Positions 6,847 through 15,185 of a stretch of DNA of 19,626 bases are shown here, one piece after another. This DNA is from a virus. Lineage: Duplodnaviria > Heunggongvirae > Uroviricota > Caudoviricetes. The stretch is taken from the IMG/VR virus record IMGVR_UViG_2757320620_000001, positions 95,417-115,042 of that record; one strand, 5' to 3'. Below the pieces are notes generated by a model. It had not been told where the DNA came from, searched no databases, and worked only from the letters and a program-made list of their open reading frames with translations. Position numbers and translations under genes: made by a program. Position 1 is the first letter of the stretch. The number at the start of each line of letters is the position of its first letter.

Positions 6847-7125
6847 TCAGCCGCGGCGTGATGCCGTCCAGGCGTCGAAGCACTGCTCGAGCAGCTCCTT
6901 CATTGATAGCCCGGCCGCGGTCGCCGTCATCTTGAAGCGGGTGTGAAACTCCGGATCGACCTTGAAATTCAGGTCGCGCAGCTTGACCTCTTCCATGTTG
7001 TCGGCAGCCTCGATCTTCGGCTCGTCGACCAGGCTACCGAGGAACTTCATGCCGCCTGTCTGCTCCCTCGGCCGGATATTGGCCTTGGTCACTGCAGTCG
7101 TCTTTGTGGCTACTGGTCTTTTCAT
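6847..7125 (-). CDS. ParG/omega-like ribbon-helix-helix centromere-binding protein, 92 aa
   Basis: C-terminal DLNFKVDPEFHTRFKMTATAAGLSMKELLEQ has the beta-alpha-alpha RHH pattern; overlaps the parA stop. Confidence 0.8.
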   Translation of the reverse strand: MKRPVATKTTAVTKANIRPREQTGGMKFLGSLVDEPKIEAADNMEEVKLRDLNFKVDPEFHTRFKMTATAAGLSMKELLEQCFDAWTASRRG

Positions 7126-7763
7126 GCGGCTACCTGCAGGGAGTTGAGCTTGTCGACGATCTCGGCTGCGAGCCGGTCGGCGCGATCATTGAGCGAGGAA
7201 TAGAGCGTCTCGGCAATCGAGAAGCCACGGTTCTGGGCCATCTGATAACCGGTCTTCGACGTGATATCGGTCTCGGCGACTTCAAAGCCCTGCTCCCGGA
7301 TGAATCCTGCCGCCTCGCGAGACGCCAGGTCGCTTTCAGTCGTCTTGTTGAGGACGAAGAGCAGCTTGTGGCGCGCAACGCCCTTGTTGGCGAGCTCGTG
7401 GGCGAAAGCGATCTGTGGTTTCAGGTCGTCGCGAGTGGCGCCGGTCGGTATGATCACGACGTCGGCGATCTGAGCTGCGTCCAGGGACGTCTGCTGGCTG
7501 TCCGGCGCCCCGTCGATAACAAGCAGGTCATGACGCTCTGCCTTCACCTTCTTGACGGAGTTCATCGGCTGGGCCTCGATCACCGGCTCGATGTTGGCGA
7601 TCATCCGGATTGCCACCCAGTCGGTCGAGGTGAGCTGGTTGACGTTGAAGTCGCAGATCTTCACCGACCAGCCGACGGAAGCGAAGGTGCGCGCCAGGAG
7701 CCGGGCGATCGTCGATTTGCCGACGCCACCTTTCTGAGACAGACATGCGATGATGGTTGCCAT
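7122..7763 (-). CDS. parA: Short type Ib ParA (ParF-like) ATPase, 213 aa
   Basis: Deviant Walker A QKGGVGKST, ICDFN, VIDGAP, VIIPT; lacks an N-terminal HTH. Confidence 0.95.
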   Translation of the reverse strand: MATIIACLSQKGGVGKSTIARLLARTFASVGWSVKICDFNVNQLTSTDWVAIRMIANIEPVIEAQPMNSVKKVKAERHDLLVIDGAPDSQQTSLDAAQIADVVIIPTGATRDDLKPQIAFAHELANKGVARHKLLFVLNKTTESDLASREAAGFIREQGFEVAETDITSKTGYQMAQNRGFSIAETLYSSLNDRADRLAAEIVDKLNSLQVAA

Positions 7764-7807
7764 TTCGCGAAATCCCTATGTCGTTAATTCGCTAAATCTT
7801 TAGCGCC
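7756..7807. promoter_or_regulatory. Five in-register 8-mers over the parA start (autoregulatory operator / centromere)
   Basis: gttgccat ttcgcgaa atccctat gtcgttaa ttcgctaa, then ttagcgcc. Confidence 0.7.
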
Positions 7808-7973
7808 TAATGGTTAACGAAAATTTACGGGATTGGGAAGGGCGGGGCGACGCGGCCCATTTGCGTCAACAACGAACAAACACGACAGCGCCGGCATCTT
7901 GGGAGATCAGCGCTGGAGAGGTTCTAGGGCCGCGTCGAAACCTACATAGGCCGACGCCGGCCGGGCTTCAAGA

Positions 7974-8330
7974 TCAGTGGGGAATGAAGTCGCGCTGGTC
8001 GAAGAGGAATTCGTATTCGTCGATATCACCGGCGATGATCGCCGGCCGGGTGACGCGATAGCCGAGATTGATTGGATCCTCGTTGACACTGCAGATGCGC
8101 GGATCGACTTGCAGCATATTGATGATCCATTCCTGGATCTCAAGGCCGCTGCGCATCAGGTCGGCTCGATCGACAAGGTCGGTCTGGGTCGTTAGCGAAA
8201 ACGCTCTTTCGCTAAATGCGACCGCATTTCCAGCCTCATCGCGCTCGGCAAGCCTGATAACGCGCTCGTGCTTAGGTGCGCTGATATTCAGCGCACCCAC
8301 CTTCCGTCGTTGAAACCGAACCTCGATCAA
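7974..8330 (-). CDS. Hypothetical protein, 118 aa
   Basis: Overlaps the stop of the upstream kinase gene (ATGA-type coupling). Confidence 0.75.
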   Translation of the reverse strand: MIEVRFQRRKVGALNISAPKHERVIRLAERDEAGNAVAFSERAFSLTTQTDLVDRADLMRSGLEIQEWIINMLQVDPRICSVNEDPINLGYRVTRPAIIAGDIDEYEFLFDQRDFIPH

Positions 8331-8893
8331 AACACCGGCCCAATCACGTCGATCAGCTTATTCATCAGGTCGAGCCGGGCATCTTCCGGCGACAGACCGC
8401 GCGCCAGGCCGTCGTTCTGGATCTGGCGATCGGCATAGGCCGGATTGTAGGTGTCGAACTCATACTGCGACGGGCCGGCGAGGGGATTGACGATCTCGAG
8501 CACCAGAGCGCCCTGTTCCTTCCAGTAGCGACCCTGCTCGCGCCGGACGGAGCCGAACACCGAGAACTGGCCCTTGGGCTGGGCGTTGTGGCTCATGATC
8601 GGGATGATGTCGCCACCGAATTTCTCTTCGAAGGCATTACCGATTTCGCCGAGCACCTCACGCACCTGCCACTGCCGGCCGTTGATGGTGACGTATTCGA
8701 GCTTGCCGGCCTGGGTGAACACCTGGTCGGGCGTCAGGCCGAGATAGTCGATGGCGATTTTGCGGAGAGGGAGGCCGTCATCGGCGAGCTTGTGGCCGTA
8801 GAGGTCATTGATGATTTCGGCGGCCGTCGATTTGCCCGAGGTCGGGTTGCCACAGAGGGCGATTAGTTTGGGGTAGGGGGTCGGGTTTGACAC
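8327..8893 (-). CDS. Deoxynucleoside monophosphate kinase-like P-loop protein
   Basis: LIALCGNPTSGKST Walker A; pattern PLRKIA...REVLGEIG...SVRREQ; GTG start at 8893 after AAGGAG. Confidence 0.75.
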   Translation of the reverse strand: MSNPTPYPKLIALCGNPTSGKSTAAEIINDLYGHKLADDGLPLRKIAIDYLGLTPDQVFTQAGKLEYVTINGRQWQVREVLGEIGNAFEEKFGGDIIPIMSHNAQPKGQFSVFGSVRREQGRYWKEQGALVLEIVNPLAGPSQYEFDTYNPAYADRQIQNDGLARGLSPEDARLDLMNKLIDVIGPVF

Positions 8894-8908
8894 TTTTGCT
8901 CCTTTGCA

Positions 8909-8928
8909 GTCAGTCAATATTTACTTAC
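8909..8928. promoter_or_regulatory. 20-bp palindromic operator, site B
   Basis: gtcagtcaatatttacttac, perfect match to consensus. Confidence 0.8.
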
Positions 8929-8970
8929 TGCAAAGGAGCGTTTTAGGGAAGGCGCGAAATAGCGATTTCG

Positions 8971-9144
8971 CTAATTCTCCTGCTCGAGAAGGCCGCGGTT
9001 CTTGGCGCGCTCGACAAGCCGGGTCAGCCGCTCATTGTCGGCGCGCAGCTTCTCGATCACCTCGAGGTAGAAGACCTCGCTGACGGCCGACAGGCCGCAG
9101 GAGTTGAAGAAGTGGATCGGGTCGACGAGGCGCTGCTGGCTCAT
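8971..9144 (-). CDS. Small coiled-coil hypothetical protein, 57 aa
   Basis: AAGGA RBS; the ATG overlaps the helicase TGA. Confidence 0.65.
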   Translation of the reverse strand: MSQQRLVDPIHFFNSCGLSAVSEVFYLEVIEKLRADNERLTRLVERAKNRGLLEQEN

Positions 9145-10739
9145 GCTGCTTTCCTTTGTGCTGCGAAGATCTGCCAGGGGAAGTCCTCGTTCGCCGGCAA
9201 GATGTTCTCCCGGAAGCCGGGCGTGGATTTGACGATGTTCTTGCGTTCGGCCGTGTGCTCGGCGAGCGCAATGTTGTTGGCGCATGAATAGTCGGCGATG
9301 AAGGCATAGTTCGGCATATTTTTCTTGGCGCGCAGCCCGCGGCCGATCCGCTGACGCAATGCCACTTCCGCCTTGCCACCACCGGCAAGCTGCACCAGGC
9401 CGATACCGGGCACGTCAACGCCGACATCGACGATCGTCGAGCCGATGATCGCGTCGATTTCGCCGGCCTCGAGCTGCGACAGGGCGGCCTGGCGCTCCTT
9501 CTGGTCGTTCTCACCACGCAGGAACACCGTGCGCAGCCCGACATGGGTGAACTTCTTGAAGAGGATCTCGCCATGATCCATGCGCTGGATCAGCGTCAGC
9601 ACCGGCAGCCCGTAGCGCTTCGCCATCAGCGCGTCACGCACGATATCCTTGTGCATGAAGCCGTTCTCGATATAGCCGAACTGATAGGCGCGCGCCCAGG
9701 GCGACGAGCGGAACAGCATCTTGTGCGGCTGCGACGTCACGTATTTGAAGATCGGCTTGGCAAGCACGCCGGACTCGATCAGCTGCTCCTCGGTGATGCG
9801 GATCAGCACCGAGCCGAAAGCGGCCATCAGGCGCATGTTGTCTTCGGCGCTGGAGCGCATGAACGGCGTTGCGGTGAGCGCCACCCGGATCGTCGCGTTC
9901 TTGCAGTGCTTGAGGATCTCGTAATAGCTGTTGCCGCCCGCCTCATGGGCTTCCTCGCCGATGACCACGTCGATCAGCTCGAGGAACTTCAAATAGCGAT
10001 TTCGCTTTTTCGTCTTTTCGTCAAAGCGCGCCTGGGCCAGTTCGCGGATCTGCTCCTTCGGCATATTCGCATCCTTCTTCTTCGAACGATGCTGCGACTT
10101 GGTGACGGCGATGATCTCCTTCTGCAGGTTCGGCTCCTCGAGCGCTTCGACGAGCGTCTGCACCATGGCGAGGTTGACGCCCTTGACCATCTTCTCCTTG
10201 CCGTCGCCGATGACGCCGGTGTTGAGATCGAGCGCGTCGAGCTGCTCCTTCATTTGGTAGAGCAGCACCTTGCGCGTCGTCAGGAAGAGGGTAGGGCGCC
10301 GGTAGCGCAGCATGATCATCTTGGCGATCTTCGATTTGCCACCGCCCGTTGCGACCTGGATGATGCCGCGGCCGAACTTCTCGACGCGCCGCAAGCTCTC
10401 CGGCTGGTGAGCGTAGCGCGGATCGTCATTGCCGAATGCATCGACGATCGGATTTTCGGGGCCGAGCGGCTCGACGGCCTTCTTCCGGAAGATCTGCACC
10501 TTGTAGCCGAGCCGCATCAGCTCCTTGTGGACCATGAAGGCAAAGCCGGCCGGGAAGGAGTTGGTCTTGTATTCGTAGAAGGACGATTTGCCATCCCAGG
10601 TGCCCTGGTTGAACGCAAAGGTCTGCTCGGCGCCGTCGACCAGGTAGGAGAGCAGGTCCGAAACGGTGTCGGCGACCTTCTCGGGCGGGTCGAGCAGCTG
10701 GGCGGTGACTGCGTTGTAGGCCAGTTTGATCAAAGTCAT
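9141..10739 (-). CDS. Superfamily 2 DNA helicase (UvsW/XPB-like), 532 aa
   Basis: ATGGGKS, VIGEEAH, LTATP, GSTIVDVGVDVP and QRIGRGLR motifs. Confidence 0.9.
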   Translation of the reverse strand: MTLIKLAYNAVTAQLLDPPEKVADTVSDLLSYLVDGAEQTFAFNQGTWDGKSSFYEYKTNSFPAGFAFMVHKELMRLGYKVQIFRKKAVEPLGPENPIVDAFGNDDPRYAHQPESLRRVEKFGRGIIQVATGGGKSKIAKMIMLRYRRPTLFLTTRKVLLYQMKEQLDALDLNTGVIGDGKEKMVKGVNLAMVQTLVEALEEPNLQKEIIAVTKSQHRSKKKDANMPKEQIRELAQARFDEKTKKRNRYLKFLELIDVVIGEEAHEAGGNSYYEILKHCKNATIRVALTATPFMRSSAEDNMRLMAAFGSVLIRITEEQLIESGVLAKPIFKYVTSQPHKMLFRSSPWARAYQFGYIENGFMHKDIVRDALMAKRYGLPVLTLIQRMDHGEILFKKFTHVGLRTVFLRGENDQKERQAALSQLEAGEIDAIIGSTIVDVGVDVPGIGLVQLAGGGKAEVALRQRIGRGLRAKKNMPNYAFIADYSCANNIALAEHTAERKNIVKSTPGFRENILPANEDFPWQIFAAQRKAA

Positions 10740-10779
10740 GAAATTTCTCGTTTGCCTGTTGCCTTGTTTGGCGGATATG

Positions 10780-10799
10780 ATAAATCAATATTTACTGAC
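10780..10799. promoter_or_regulatory. 20-bp palindromic operator, site C (divergent helicase/ParB promoter region)
   Basis: ataaatcaatatttactgac, one mismatch. Confidence 0.75.
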
Positions 10800-10826
10800 T
10801 ACCACCCATTATTCAACAAGGCGCCG

Positions 10827-11573
10827 ATGACATATCCGAAGATGATGGAGCTCGATCCGGGCTCCCTGCGACCGAACCCCTGGAACACCAACATCGTTAC
10901 GCCCGAGAACGAGACGAAGTTGGAGGAGTCCATTCGACGCCTGGGCTTCTTCCGTCCGGCCGTCGTTCGCGAAATCGCTATTTCGGGAAATAGCGATCCG
11001 AGCGCATACGAAATCCTGGGCGGGGAACACCGCGCGCAGATCGCGGCGAAGATGGGTCTGAAGACCATCCCGGTCGTGAACCTTGGTCCGATCGATGATC
11101 TGAAGGCCAAGGAGATCGGCATCGCCGACAACTCGCGCTACGGCATGGATGACCAGATCGCCTTTGCCGACCTCATCAAGGGCATGGGCAACGCAGAGCA
11201 ACTGAAGGACTTCCTTCCCTATACCGAGCATGATTTCACCGATCTGTTCACAACATCAGAGATAGATCTGGATTCACTGGGTCTTGAAGAAAACTTCGAA
11301 AAGGAAGCGGAAAAAGACGCTGTCGAGGAGCCGGTCCAGCCAAAGGCCGCAAAGACCCACACGATCATCCGCTACAAGGTCTCCAACCGCGACGCCGAAG
11401 ACATCACCGCGCTGATCGAGCGCACGATGAAGGACAACGGCTTCACCTCCTCCGACGAGCTGACCAATGCCGGCGACGCCCTGGTGCATCTGCTGCTGGC
11501 CGGCAAGAACCAGGCGGCCGCGCAAGACGAGCTCGATGCGCTCGAGGATCTGCTTGACGAGGATGCCGCATGA
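10827..11573 (+). CDS. ParB/Srx-like N-terminal domain protein, 248 aa
   Basis: LRPNPWNTN, SIRRLGFFRPAVVR, ILGGEHRAQIA. Real start at MTYPK; the long upstream extension in the ORF track is helicase antisense. Confidence 0.85.
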   Translation: MTYPKMMELDPGSLRPNPWNTNIVTPENETKLEESIRRLGFFRPAVVREIAISGNSDPSAYEILGGEHRAQIAAKMGLKTIPVVNLGPIDDLKAKEIGIADNSRYGMDDQIAFADLIKGMGNAEQLKDFLPYTEHDFTDLFTTSEIDLDSLGLEENFEKEAEKDAVEEPVQPKAAKTHTIIRYKVSNRDAEDITALIERTMKDNGFTSSDELTNAGDALVHLLLAGKNQAAAQDELDALEDLLDEDAA

Positions 11574-11752
11574 CCTTCGTCCGGCCCAAATTCGACGACT
11601 GCAAATCCTGCGTCTTCTTCCTGAAAAACCGAGTGAACCCGATCTGTGGCGAGTGCGACAGCGGCGAGTTCTACGAGGAAAAGATCCGCTCACGCGAGAA
11701 GACGCGCCACGAACTCATGGAACTCTACGGGGAATATCACGATGACGAATAA
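11570..11752 (+). CDS. Small Cys-rich protein (CxxC-x11-CxxC), 60 aa
   Basis: CKSC and CGEC motifs; overlaps both neighbours. Confidence 0.75.
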   Translation: MTFVRPKFDDCKSCVFFLKNRVNPICGECDSGEFYEEKIRSREKTRHELMELYGEYHDDE

Positions 11753-12404
11753 GGCCGTCACGCTGGTCGCTGTTGCCGACCTGGTGCCATACGAGAACAA
11801 CGCCAAGAAGCACTCCGACGAGCAGGTCGAGAAGCTGATGGCGCTGATCAGTCGCTACGGCTGGACCTCGCCGATCGTCACCGACAAGGATCTGGTGATC
11901 ATTGCCGGCCACGGCCGGCGCCTGGCTGCCATCAAGCTTGGTCTGGAGAAGGCGCCGGTCATCATTCGCGACGATCTCAGCAAGGAAGAGGCGGCAGCCC
12001 TGCGCCTGGCCGACAACCGCGTCGCGTCGACCGAATACGATCTCGGGCTCGAGCAGGCCGAACTGTCCATGCTGTCGGACGTCGAGGGTATCGACCTGAC
12101 GATGCTTGGCTATTCCGAGCACGAGCTGGACTTTGCGACCGCCGACCTGATCGACATGGACGACACGATCTTCGTTCAGGACGTCGGCGCTGCGGTCGAG
12201 CAGCAGAAGGCCGAAAACGAGCAGAAGGTCAAAGAGGTCGACGATGTCGCCGCACCGGTCGCCGATGCGCTGGGCTTCAAGCGCGTGACGATCGCCGAGA
12301 GCCGCAAGATCCGCGACCTGATGTCCCGCATCGAACAGCGCTCCGGCTACAAGGGCGTCGAGGCGCTGATCTATGTGCTCGAGACCTCGGAGCTGCCTGC
12401 ATGA
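11742..12404 (+). CDS. Second ParB/Srx-like domain protein, 220 aa
   Basis: LVPYENNAKKH, YGWTSPIV, IIAGHGRRLAA, LRLADNR: the type usually found beside phage DNA-modification and terminase genes. Confidence 0.9.
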   Translation: MTNKAVTLVAVADLVPYENNAKKHSDEQVEKLMALISRYGWTSPIVTDKDLVIIAGHGRRLAAIKLGLEKAPVIIRDDLSKEEAAALRLADNRVASTEYDLGLEQAELSMLSDVEGIDLTMLGYSEHELDFATADLIDMDDTIFVQDVGAAVEQQKAENEQKVKEVDDVAAPVADALGFKRVTIAESRKIRDLMSRIEQRSGYKGVEALIYVLETSELPA

Positions 12405-12820
12405 GCGAGGTCATCGATTTGAAGACCCGCAAGCCCTTTGCGCTCGCCCGCTCGGAAGAGCGCAAGCAGAAGCGCGCAGCCAGCCGCAAGGCTAGAAAGC
12501 AGGCGGCCGACGCGGTGATGGAACACCGCGACGCCATGGTCGAGATCCTCGAAGGCCTTTTGAAGATGACGCGGGAAGGGCACCTCGAGGGCCTGGTGCT
12601 GCTGTCGCGCGACACCAAGCACAAGATCTTCCTGACCGAGATCCTGCTCGATGACCGGATCATCCCGCCAAATGACCTGCATGCCTTTGTCGGCGTCATG
12701 GAGACGCTGAAGCTCGAGCTTGCCGACCAGGCGGCCGCGACAGCGCCGGCGCTGCTCATCGGTGGCGAGCGGCTCGATCCGACTGCAGAGCCTATCGAAC
12801 CAGATTGGGAATACGAATGA
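12401..12820 (+). CDS. Hypothetical protein, 139 aa
   Basis: ATGA overlaps on both sides. Confidence 0.8.
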   Translation: MSEVIDLKTRKPFALARSEERKQKRAASRKARKQAADAVMEHRDAMVEILEGLLKMTREGHLEGLVLLSRDTKHKIFLTEILLDDRIIPPNDLHAFVGVMETLKLELADQAAATAPALLIGGERLDPTAEPIEPDWEYE

Positions 12821-13461
12821 CCATCTACACCATCAATTGCGGCTTCACCTCGTCGGTGGAGCGCAGCCCGCGCGTGCTGGAGATTGCCGAGTCCTTCGGG
12901 CTGGGACTGGCCGAGAAGCGGTTTGAGATCTACCGCGATCTTGCGCTCGATATCCGCGACGACGACGTGATCTATATCAACGGTCAGTCCGGCTCCGGTA
13001 AATCGCTGCTGCTGCGCGAGCTGACCCGCCAGATGCGCGAGCAGGGCAGGGTGGTCGCTGACCTGAACGAGGTGGTGCTTGATGACCGGCCGGTGATCGA
13101 CCAGCTCGGCAAGACCAGCAGCGACGCCCTCTATCTGCTTGCATGCGCCGGGATCTCCGACGCCTGGATCTATATCCGCAAGCCCTCGGAGCTCTCCGAC
13201 GGCCAGCGTTATCGTCTGAAGCTGGCAAAGGTCATGGAGACCGACGCCGATGTCTGGGTCGCCGACGAGTTCGGCGCCGTGCTCGACCGCGTCACAGCCA
13301 AGGCGATCGCCATGAGCGTCCAGAAGGTCGCTCGCCAGCGAGGCAAGAGCCTCATCGTCGCAACCACCCACACCGACCTCGAAGCCGAGCTGGCGCCGAA
13401 CCTCGCCGTCTACAAGCGCTTCAAGGAAAAGGTCGATATCACCAAAGGAGAAGCAGCATGA
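12817..13461 (+). CDS. Soluble ABC-type ATPase (COG2401-like N-terminal half), 214 aa
   Basis: GQSGSGKS Walker A, LSDGQ signature, VADEF Walker B, ATTH H-loop; no TM partner. Confidence 0.9.
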   Translation: MTIYTINCGFTSSVERSPRVLEIAESFGLGLAEKRFEIYRDLALDIRDDDVIYINGQSGSGKSLLLRELTRQMREQGRVVADLNEVVLDDRPVIDQLGKTSSDALYLLACAGISDAWIYIRKPSELSDGQRYRLKLAKVMETDADVWVADEFGAVLDRVTAKAIAMSVQKVARQRGKSLIVATTHTDLEAELAPNLAVYKRFKEKVDITKGEAA

Positions 13462-13760
13462 ACCTCGGTCAAGCCCTTGAGGCGGTAAAAGATGGCAAGC
13501 GGGCGGCCCGCGCCGGCTGGAATGGCAAGAAGATGTTCGTCTTCCTGATGCCGGGCTCGGCGCCGCGGTCGACCGAAGTCACCACACGCGACGGCGTCGA
13601 CCTGATCAACAACGTCCGGGGCGATCTCTTTACCGACGGCGACGAAGGCACATCGATCCGGATGCCGTCTTTCTGCCTGAAGGCGGCCGACGGCTCGACG
13701 GTTGTCGGTTGGGCGGCCTCGCAGGCCGACATGGGCGCCGAAGACTGGGAGCTCGTCTGA
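13458..13760 (+). CDS. tad2: DUF2829 / Tad2-like nucleotide-signal sponge, 100 aa
   Basis: MNLGQALEAVKDGKRAARAGWNGKKMF ... GWAASQADMGAEDW: both family signature ends are present; AAGGAG RBS. Confidence 0.8.
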   Translation: MNLGQALEAVKDGKRAARAGWNGKKMFVFLMPGSAPRSTEVTTRDGVDLINNVRGDLFTDGDEGTSIRMPSFCLKAADGSTVVGWAASQADMGAEDWELV

Positions 13761-13960
13761 TGGCGAAGGCACCGGTCTATCGCACCACAAAGGATATCGT
13801 CATCCCTGCCGGCACAGAAGTCGGTCTCGGCCCGGTCACCTCGCGATATCTCACCGATCATGGCGAGGTGATCATCGGCTTCGACAAGGACACGACCGGC
13901 AGCCTGCGCTTCGACCTGGAAGAGGCGCTGCAGCTCGGCTTGATCGAGAAAGCCGAATGA
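13760..13960 (+). CDS. Hypothetical protein, 66 aa
   Basis: TGATG overlap with the upstream stop. Confidence 0.7.
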   Translation: MAKAPVYRTTKDIVIPAGTEVGLGPVTSRYLTDHGEVIIGFDKDTTGSLRFDLEEALQLGLIEKAE

Positions 13961-14067
13961 CGAAATCGCTAATTCTTGCTTTCGCTATTTCGCTGCTGGT
14001 GAGCGCCTGCACTGCGGGAGCACCCGCATACGCAAAACTCGACGGAGCGCGCTGTGAACGAACCTGA
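13957..14067 (+). CDS. Putative micro-lipoprotein, 36 aa
   Basis: MTKSLILAFAISLLVSAC signal peptide with lipobox; ATGA overlap. Confidence 0.5.
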   Translation: MTKSLILAFAISLLVSACTAGAPAYAKLDGARCERT

Positions 14068-14938
14068 GCTGATTGTGCAGCGTTTCGAGAACCCTCGAGC
14101 ACGCTTCACGCTGGCCGACGACATGTTTGTCGAACGCGGCACGGCTGCCGACTGGGAGCTGCTGCACGATCTCCACTACAAGGCTGAAAAGCTGCCCTTC
14201 GCGCCGAAGTTCTGGCGCCTGGTGATCGGCACCGACACGATCGGCGTGCTGGTCACCGGCGCGCCCAAGGGCATGCTGCGCGAGCGGCACCTGGTCTTTC
14301 CGAAGATCAAGCCTAACGGGCAGGATACGAAGATGACCAACACCAATCGCTTCGTCTACCTCAACAAGAACTTCCGGGTGATCTCGCGGTTCGTCGTCGA
14401 TACGATGTATCGCGGCATCGGCGCCGGCTACCGGATGATGAACCTGGTCAGCCGTATGGAGGCTGCTGATCCTGCCAAGCCGCTGAAGGTGATCGAGATC
14501 CAGTCGTCGATGTCGAAGTTCAACGTCTTCGGCCAGAAGGCGGGCTTTCAGTTCGCCGCACCCCAGAACGCCAACAAATACGACGCCGGCATGAAGTTCT
14601 TCCGCTCGCATTTTCAGGCGACGCCCCAGGACTTCGAGGCGATCGTCCAGGAGATCGAAGCCTCGGCCGATCCGGAGAAGCTGGCGCAGGCCTGCCGGGA
14701 TTTCTATCTGCGCAACTCGGCGATGGAAAACACCGGTGCTGCCCGCGACAAGGCGCAGGAGAAGGTTGCCGCGATGAGCGTGCGCGACCTGGTGAAGGGC
14801 ATTCAGCAGGTGAGCCTGGCCTCGCCGATGTATGGCGTCTGGAAAGCCGTCGACAAGCCGGGCTCGGTGCCCGACCGGCTGCCGCTGATGGCGTTCGACT
14901 GCCAGGGCACGTCCGAACCTTTGAAGTGGAAGCCGTAA
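14054..14938 (+). CDS. GNAT-fold acetyltransferase-like protein (COG2401-like C-terminal half), 294 aa
   Basis: LHDLHYK, ISRFVVDTMYRGIGAG acetyl-CoA motif A, SSMSKFNVFGQKAGF. Confidence 0.85.
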   Translation: MNEPELIVQRFENPRARFTLADDMFVERGTAADWELLHDLHYKAEKLPFAPKFWRLVIGTDTIGVLVTGAPKGMLRERHLVFPKIKPNGQDTKMTNTNRFVYLNKNFRVISRFVVDTMYRGIGAGYRMMNLVSRMEAADPAKPLKVIEIQSSMSKFNVFGQKAGFQFAAPQNANKYDAGMKFFRSHFQATPQDFEAIVQEIEASADPEKLAQACRDFYLRNSAMENTGAARDKAQEKVAAMSVRDLVKGIQQVSLASPMYGVWKAVDKPGSVPDRLPLMAFDCQGTSEPLKWKP

Positions 14939-15181
14939 ATGGCGATGATCCGCAGAGGGGAGAAACACCGCGAGATCGCCGAGATCATTCTGAAGGCGGC
15001 CGACACCGGCCGGTTTCTGACCGTGACCGAGATCCACGAGAGCCTTTCCTACGGCTGCGCTTACGGCTCGCTCCGGAAGATCATCAAGCTTTTCGAGGAA
15101 CGTGACTGGGTGACGAAACAGCGGGCCGGCATGTCCGTTCTGATTAAGCCAAACATGCTTCTCTACCGGTGGTTCCGGTGA
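14939..15181 (+). CDS. Winged-helix DNA-binding protein, 80 aa
   Basis: Helix-helix-recognition helix-wing pattern (LTVTEIHESL...YGSLRKIIKLFEERDWVTKQR). Confidence 0.7.
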   Translation: MAMIRRGEKHREIAEIILKAADTGRFLTVTEIHESLSYGCAYGSLRKIIKLFEERDWVTKQRAGMSVLIKPNMLLYRWFR

Positions 15182-15185
15182 GCTT

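Noticed and set aside
9543-10826. 676-aa ParB fusion as given in the ORF track
   Set aside because: The N-terminal ~430 aa is the antisense shadow of the helicase; the real start is 10827.
10827-12404. ParB-like genes as partners of ParA
   Set aside because: ParA is the short type Ib form with its own coupled RHH gene. These ParB domains sit in the packaging operon and show no clear centromere-binding HTH.
12817-13461. ABC transporter
   Set aside because: No permease or substrate-binding genes nearby; the GNAT/terminase context indicates a non-transport ATPase.
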